From an uncultured Myxococcaceae bacterium (GTDB taxonomy: Bacteria; Myxococcota; Myxococcia; Myxococcales; Myxococcaceae), in NCBI GenBank assembly GCA_964507515.1, contig CAZDSB010000551.1, forward strand, positions 1-36,129: a stretch of 36,129 nt of DNA, given 5' to 3'. Below the pieces are notes generated by a model. It saw nothing but the letters and a program-made list of their open reading frames with translations, searched no databases and had not been told where the DNA came from. Position 1 is the stretch's first letter. Each line of letters opens with the position of its first letter. The position numbers and the translations under genes were made by a program. Below, one piece after another: positions 32,833 through 36,129 of the stretch.

Positions 32833-34533
32833 TCACTCCGCGCCCATCGCCGCGTAGCGCTCCAGCACTCCCACCTCGTCCTCGAACCCGCGCACCCGCA
32901 GCTCGTCCGGAAGCGCGGACGCCGGCCACCGCCCGAGGCGTGGGAACACCGCCCAGCTGCTCCATAGCCGCTGCCCGCGCGCGAGGGTGGACGCCGCCGT
33001 CGCCTTGTCCGGCTCGCTCCCGGTCCGCTCGGCGATCGCCGCCAGTAACCGGGCACCGGTGAAGAGGTGGACCAGCCACCCGCTCCGGGACAGCTGCCAC
33101 GCCAGCGTCCGGACCACCGCCACCCGCCGCGCCGACTCGCCGACCTCGTTCAGCACCCGCTCCAGGTAGCGCTCGAGGTCGATGTCCAGGACCACCTCCA
33201 CGGCGGTGCTGAGCCCGAAGTCCCGGAAGTCCCCGGGGCTCAGGTGCTGCTCCAGCGTCTGCCGGAGCAGGCGACCGGGAGGCCGCAGCTCCCCGAGCTT
33301 CGCCAGCGCCTCGAGCTTCCCGAGCGCCGCGACGTTCACTGGCGCCGTCTCCGGGTCCGGTCCGGCCGCCGCCGCGAGCTGGAAGAACGCCTCCTTCGGG
33401 TGCGCCTCGGCGAGACGTTGCAGCGCCTCCGCCGCCACTCCCCGCCCGCGGTCGCGCTGGTCCTGGGTCAGGAACGGCTCGACCAGCAGCGAGACCGCGA
33501 TCAGCCGCACGCCGTCGTCCGTCCCGGCGGCATGCACGCGCGCGGCCTCGAGGAGGGCCGCCGACGGGGGCACCCGCGGCCGTCCATGGAAGCGGTGCGC
33601 GAGCTGGGTGACGAAGGTGTCCACCGAGGCGGAGGCGTCGGAGCTGGTCTGCTCCCGCTCGCCCGGAATGCAGGTGGACTGGGGCTCGAAGGAGGGGAGG
33701 AGGAACGGGTCGCTCTTCAGCTCCGGCTTGCGCTCCGCGGTCCAGGCGGAGATGAGCGCCGGCATCCAGCCCGCCGGGCGTCCGCCCTCGGCCACCCGGA
33801 CGAGGATGCGGGTGACCCGCTCGTCGGGCTTCAGCTTCCTGAGCTGCGCGACGGACTCGCCGAACGCGGCATCGTCCCCGCGACCCAGGGAGATCATCGC
33901 CGACAGGAACGCACGTCGCTCGGGCCAGGGGGACGCGGACTTGGGCAGCGTCGCCAGGAGCTCCGCGGCGCGGTCGACGAGGCCGTTGGTCAGGGCGATC
34001 TCCGCTGCCACGTAGGTCGCGCTCGCCCGCGCCGGCGAGCCGTCGAGCGCGGTCCGGGCGCCCGGATAATCCAGCCAGACCGCCAGCTCGAGACAGGCCT
34101 GCGGCGTCTCCTCGCACTGCCGCTGGAGCACCGAGAGGCCCTTCTTCGGATCCGCCGCCACCCCTCGCCCGCAGCCCACCGTCTCTGCCCAGACCACGCA
34201 CCCTCGGGCCGATCCCGTCTTGCAGGCGCCGGCGGCGAAGGTCGCCGCGTCGGCGAGGTCCGGCGGGCGCTGCCGGAGCACCCGCTCGCGCGCATCGAGG
34301 CACTCCCAGGGGGTCCCGAGCAGGTCGCAGTACGCCTTCGACGCCCGCAGCGCCTTCACCTCGCTCCGGGTCACGAACCCCGGCATGAACATGCGCCCCA
34401 GCCGGTTGCAGACCGGCGCCTTGGCTCCGGCGCAGGTGTCGTGGAGGAGCAGCCCCACCGAGGTATCCCCCCGGGAAGAGGGGGGCGCCGACAGCATCCA
34501 CCCGACGAGGAGGAGGGGCAGCAGGGCACCCAT
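32833..34533 (-). CDS. Secreted protein with N-terminal Cys-rich Sel1-like repeats and an uncharacterised ~380-aa C-terminal region
   Basis: Signal peptide MGALLPLLLVGWMLSAPP. Paired cysteines at C-x7-C spacing (CAGAKAPVC, CKTGSARGC), plus C-x8-C (CDLLGTPWEC) and C-x6-C (CEETPQAC) pairs, with the GRGVAADPKKGLSVLQRQC pattern of SLR/Hcp-type repeats. Very strong G/C third-position bias in this frame, unlike the overlapping track ORFs 32531..34501(-) and 33067..34689(+). Confidence 0.7.
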   Translation of the reverse strand: MGALLPLLLVGWMLSAPPSSRGDTSVGLLLHDTCAGAKAPVCNRLGRMFMPGFVTRSEVKALRASKAYCDLLGTPWECLDARERVLRQRPPDLADAATFAAGACKTGSARGCVVWAETVGCGRGVAADPKKGLSVLQRQCEETPQACLELAVWLDYPGARTALDGSPARASATYVAAEIALTNGLVDRAAELLATLPKSASPWPERRAFLSAMISLGRGDDAAFGESVAQLRKLKPDERVTRILVRVAEGGRPAGWMPALISAWTAERKPELKSDPFLLPSFEPQSTCIPGEREQTSSDASASVDTFVTQLAHRFHGRPRVPPSAALLEAARVHAAGTDDGVRLIAVSLLVEPFLTQDQRDRGRGVAAEALQRLAEAHPKEAFFQLAAAAGPDPETAPVNVAALGKLEALAKLGELRPPGRLLRQTLEQHLSPGDFRDFGLSTAVEVVLDIDLERYLERVLNEVGESARRVAVVRTLAWQLSRSGWLVHLFTGARLLAAIAERTGSEPDKATAASTLARGQRLWSSWAVFPRLGRWPASALPDELRVRGFEDEVGVLERYAAMGAE

Positions 34534-34587
34534 TCGCTGTGCAGTGTGCGCCTTTCCGCGCTATGGGAAGAGGGGGTAGGGGCTCGC

Positions 34588-34615
34588 TTGACTTGGGGCG
34601 TCAGGCAAGTATCTT
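34588..34615 (+). promoter_or_regulatory. Putative sigma-70-type promoter of infC-rpmI-rplT
   Basis: TTGACT (34588-34593), 16-nt spacer, TATCTT (34610-34615). Predicted start near 34622, giving a ~57-nt leader before the GGAGG SD at 34665-34669. Confidence 0.45.
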
Positions 34616-34678
34616 GCCCCGCCTTTTGGACCCCCGTGCCTGCTCGGACGGGCTCCCCCCAGCTGGAGGTCGACTCAC

Positions 34679-35320
34679 ATCGCTCGTGATCAGAGAACGA
34701 ACCGGCGGATCCGCGCGCGCGAGGTGCGCGTGGTCGGGCCCGCTGGCGAGCAGCTGGGTGTCCTGACGATCGAAGCAGCACTGGAGCAGGCCAATCAGTT
34801 CGGGATGGACCTCGTCGAGGTCAACCCCATGGCCAAGCCTCCGGTCTGCAAGATCATGGATTACGGCCGCTTCAAGTACGAGGAGAAGAAGCGGGCATCG
34901 GAGGCAAAGAAGAAGCAGGTCGTGGTTCACCTCAAGGAGGTGAAGATGCGACCGAAGACCGAGGAGCACGACTACGAGTTCAAGGTGCGGAACGTGAAGC
35001 GCTTCCTCGAGGAGGGGAACAAGGCGCGCATTACCATCATGTTCCGGGGTCGCGAGATCACCCACAAGGAGCTCGGCCAGTCGCTGCTTGAGGACGTCAT
35101 CAAGGACGTGAAAGAGGTCGGGGTGGTGGAGCAGGTCCCCCGCATGGAAGGCCGGCAGATGTTCATGATCCTCGCCCCCAACCCCAAGGTCGCCCAGCGC
35201 GCCCGGGATCTGGCGAGGCAGCGGGCAGCCCAGCTGGAGGCGGAGAAGAAGCCGGAGCCGGCCCCTACCCCCGCCGCCGCTCCTGCCACCAAGGCCCCCG
35301 CGGGGCCCGGACGAGTTTGA
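34679..35320 (+). CDS. infC: Translation initiation factor IF-3, probably initiating at a non-canonical ATC codon
   Basis: Track ORF 34724..35320 (GTG) would remove the conserved N-terminal N..IRA.EVR segment. The frame is open upstream back to 34592 and reads IARDQRTNRRIRAREVRVVGPAGEQLGV. ATC at 34679 sits 9 nt after GGAGG. The rest is typical IF-3 (DLVEV.P...PPVCKIMDYGRFKYE). Confidence 0.85.
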   Translation: MARDQRTNRRIRAREVRVVGPAGEQLGVLTIEAALEQANQFGMDLVEVNPMAKPPVCKIMDYGRFKYEEKKRASEAKKKQVVVHLKEVKMRPKTEEHDYEFKVRNVKRFLEEGNKARITIMFRGREITHKELGQSLLEDVIKDVKEVGVVEQVPRMEGRQMFMILAPNPKVAQRARDLARQRAAQLEAEKKPEPAPTPAAAPATKAPAGPGRV

Positions 35321-35330
35321 GGAGCAGGCG

Positions 35331-35540
35331 ATGCCGAAGCTGAAGACACGGAGTGCCGCCAAGAAGCGGTTCCAGGTGAAGAAGACGGGCAAGGTGAAGC
35401 ACGCCAAGGCCTACGCGAAGCACCACTTCACCTTCTCGAAGACCCCAAACAACGACCGCCGCAACCGCGGCACCGGCCACCTTCGCGACATGGACGCGAA
35501 GAAGGTCATCAAGGAAATGTTCCCCTACGGGGCGAGCTGA
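35331..35540 (+). CDS. rpmI: 50S ribosomal protein L35
   Basis: MPKLKTRSAAKKRFQVKKTGKVKH.., 69 aa, 10 nt after the infC stop. Confidence 0.95.
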   Translation: MPKLKTRSAAKKRFQVKKTGKVKHAKAYAKHHFTFSKTPNNDRRNRGTGHLRDMDAKKVIKEMFPYGAS

Positions 35541-35549
35541 GGACGAGCC

Positions 35550-35894
35550 ATGCGGGTGAAGAAGGGTTTCAAGGCGCGCCGTCGCCGCAATCGAATTCTG
35601 AAGCTGGCCAAGGGCTACAGGGGCCGGCGGAAGAACTGCTACAAGCGTGCGAACCAGGCCGTGGAACGCGCGCTGGACTACGCCAGCCGTGACCGGGCCC
35701 GGAAGAAGCGGGACTTCCGCTCGCTGTGGATCGTCCGGATCAACGCCGCGGCTAGGCTCTCGGGCATCAGCTACAGCCGGCTCATCTCCGGCCTGGGCAA
35801 GGCGAAGGTGGCGCTGGACCGGAAGGTGCTGGCCGACATCGCCGTTGCCGATCCGCAGGGTTTTGCGGCCATCGCGAAGATCGCGGCGGCCTGA
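35550..35894 (+). CDS. rplT: 50S ribosomal protein L20
   Basis: [55 protein letters not shown], 114 aa. Confidence 0.95.
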   Translation: MRVKKGFKARRRRNRILKLAKGYRGRRKNCYKRANQAVERALDYASRDRARKKRDFRSLWIVRINAAARLSGISYSRLISGLGKAKVALDRKVLADIAVADPQGFAAIAKIAAA

Positions 35895-35942
35895 CATCGG
35901 ACCCGTGCCGGGGGGGCTTCGAGACCCCGGCGAGCCGACACG

Positions 35943-35975
35943 AGGGCTGCCCCCAGGGGTGGCCCTTTGTCGTTT
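35943..35975 (+). terminator. Hairpin plus T-rich tail between rplT and pheS (terminator or attenuator candidate)
   Basis: AGGGCTGCCCC-CA-GGGGTGGCCCT forms a ~10-bp stem (two G-U pairs) at 35943-35966. It is followed by TTGTCGTTTC. A second GC stem CCGGGG/CCCCGG lies at 35918-35940. Confidence 0.35.
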
Positions 35976-35988
35976 CGGGAGGTGAGGA

Positions 35989-36129
35989 ATGCAGGAGCGA
36001 CTGGAATCGCTGGCCAGCAAGGCTCGGGAGGAGATCGGCCGCGCCAGCGAGGCGTCCGGCCTCGAGGCGCTGCGGGTCCGCTACCTGGGCAAGAAGGGGG
36101 AGCTGTCGGCGGTGCTGGGCGGGATGGGG
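35989..36129 (+). CDS. pheS: Phenylalanine--tRNA ligase alpha subunit (5' part, runs off the window)
   Basis: ATG 35989 is preceded by GGGAGGTGAGG. MQERLESLASKAREEIGRASEASGLEALRVRYLGKKGELSAVLGGMG matches the PheS N-terminal helix (..VRV.YLGKKG.L). Canonical position after rplT. Confidence 0.9.
   Translation, partial: MQERLESLASKAREEIGRASEASGLEALRVRYLGKKGELSAVLGGMG

Noticed and set aside
32531-34689. Alternative ORFs 32531..34501 (-, 656 aa) and 33067..34689 (+, 540 aa) overlapping the 566-aa secreted protein
   Set aside because: Both are Arg/Gly/Pro-rich without a signal peptide or motifs. The 32833..34533 frame has near-uniform G/C third positions, a signal peptide and Cys-paired repeats.

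Overview
This is a very GC-rich bacterial chromosomal segment. Third-codon-position GC is so extreme that almost every real gene is shadowed by long spurious ORFs on the opposite strand or in other frames. The calls below therefore rest on recognisable motifs, signal peptides/lipoboxes and start/stop coupling. Gene content (PEGA domains, FHA-Ser/Thr kinase, NtrC-type sigma-54 activator, multi-Big_2 lipoprotein, PilZ, many secreted proteins) suggests a Myxococcota-like organism (inference).

Gene order:
- kdpF-A-B-C, then a stand-alone KdpD N-terminal sensor and a separate HAMP-PAS histidine kinase (1-7584), with a convergent NtrC-type regulator.
- A minus-strand operon of FHA-kinase / TPR-PEGA / ~975-aa Ig-like lipoprotein (9209-14873).
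- SGNH hydrolase, GT9 glycosyltransferase, ACE-like M2 peptidase, cold-shock protein, and an FkpA-like PPIase translationally coupled to a GH63-like glycosidase.
- A PilZ protein followed by a three-gene secreted LPP20-like / FlgT-like / FecR operon.
- pgsA-like gene, VOC protein, family-5-type uracil-DNA glycosylase, DUF1203, tRNA-Val(GAC), CheY-like regulator, FadL-type outer-membrane protein.
- thrS, then infC-rpmI-rplT-pheS. thrS and infC are separated by ~2.4 kb that holds a mosaic of ~85-bp palindromic repeats and an opposite-strand secreted Cys-rich protein.

I see no transposase, integrase, CRISPR array or recognisable defence/toxin system.

Most worth follow-up: the repeat mosaic (32392-32740), the PilZ + secreted trio (21440-24647), the split Kdp sensor wiring, the kinase/Big_2 operon, and the apparent non-AUG (ATC) infC start.
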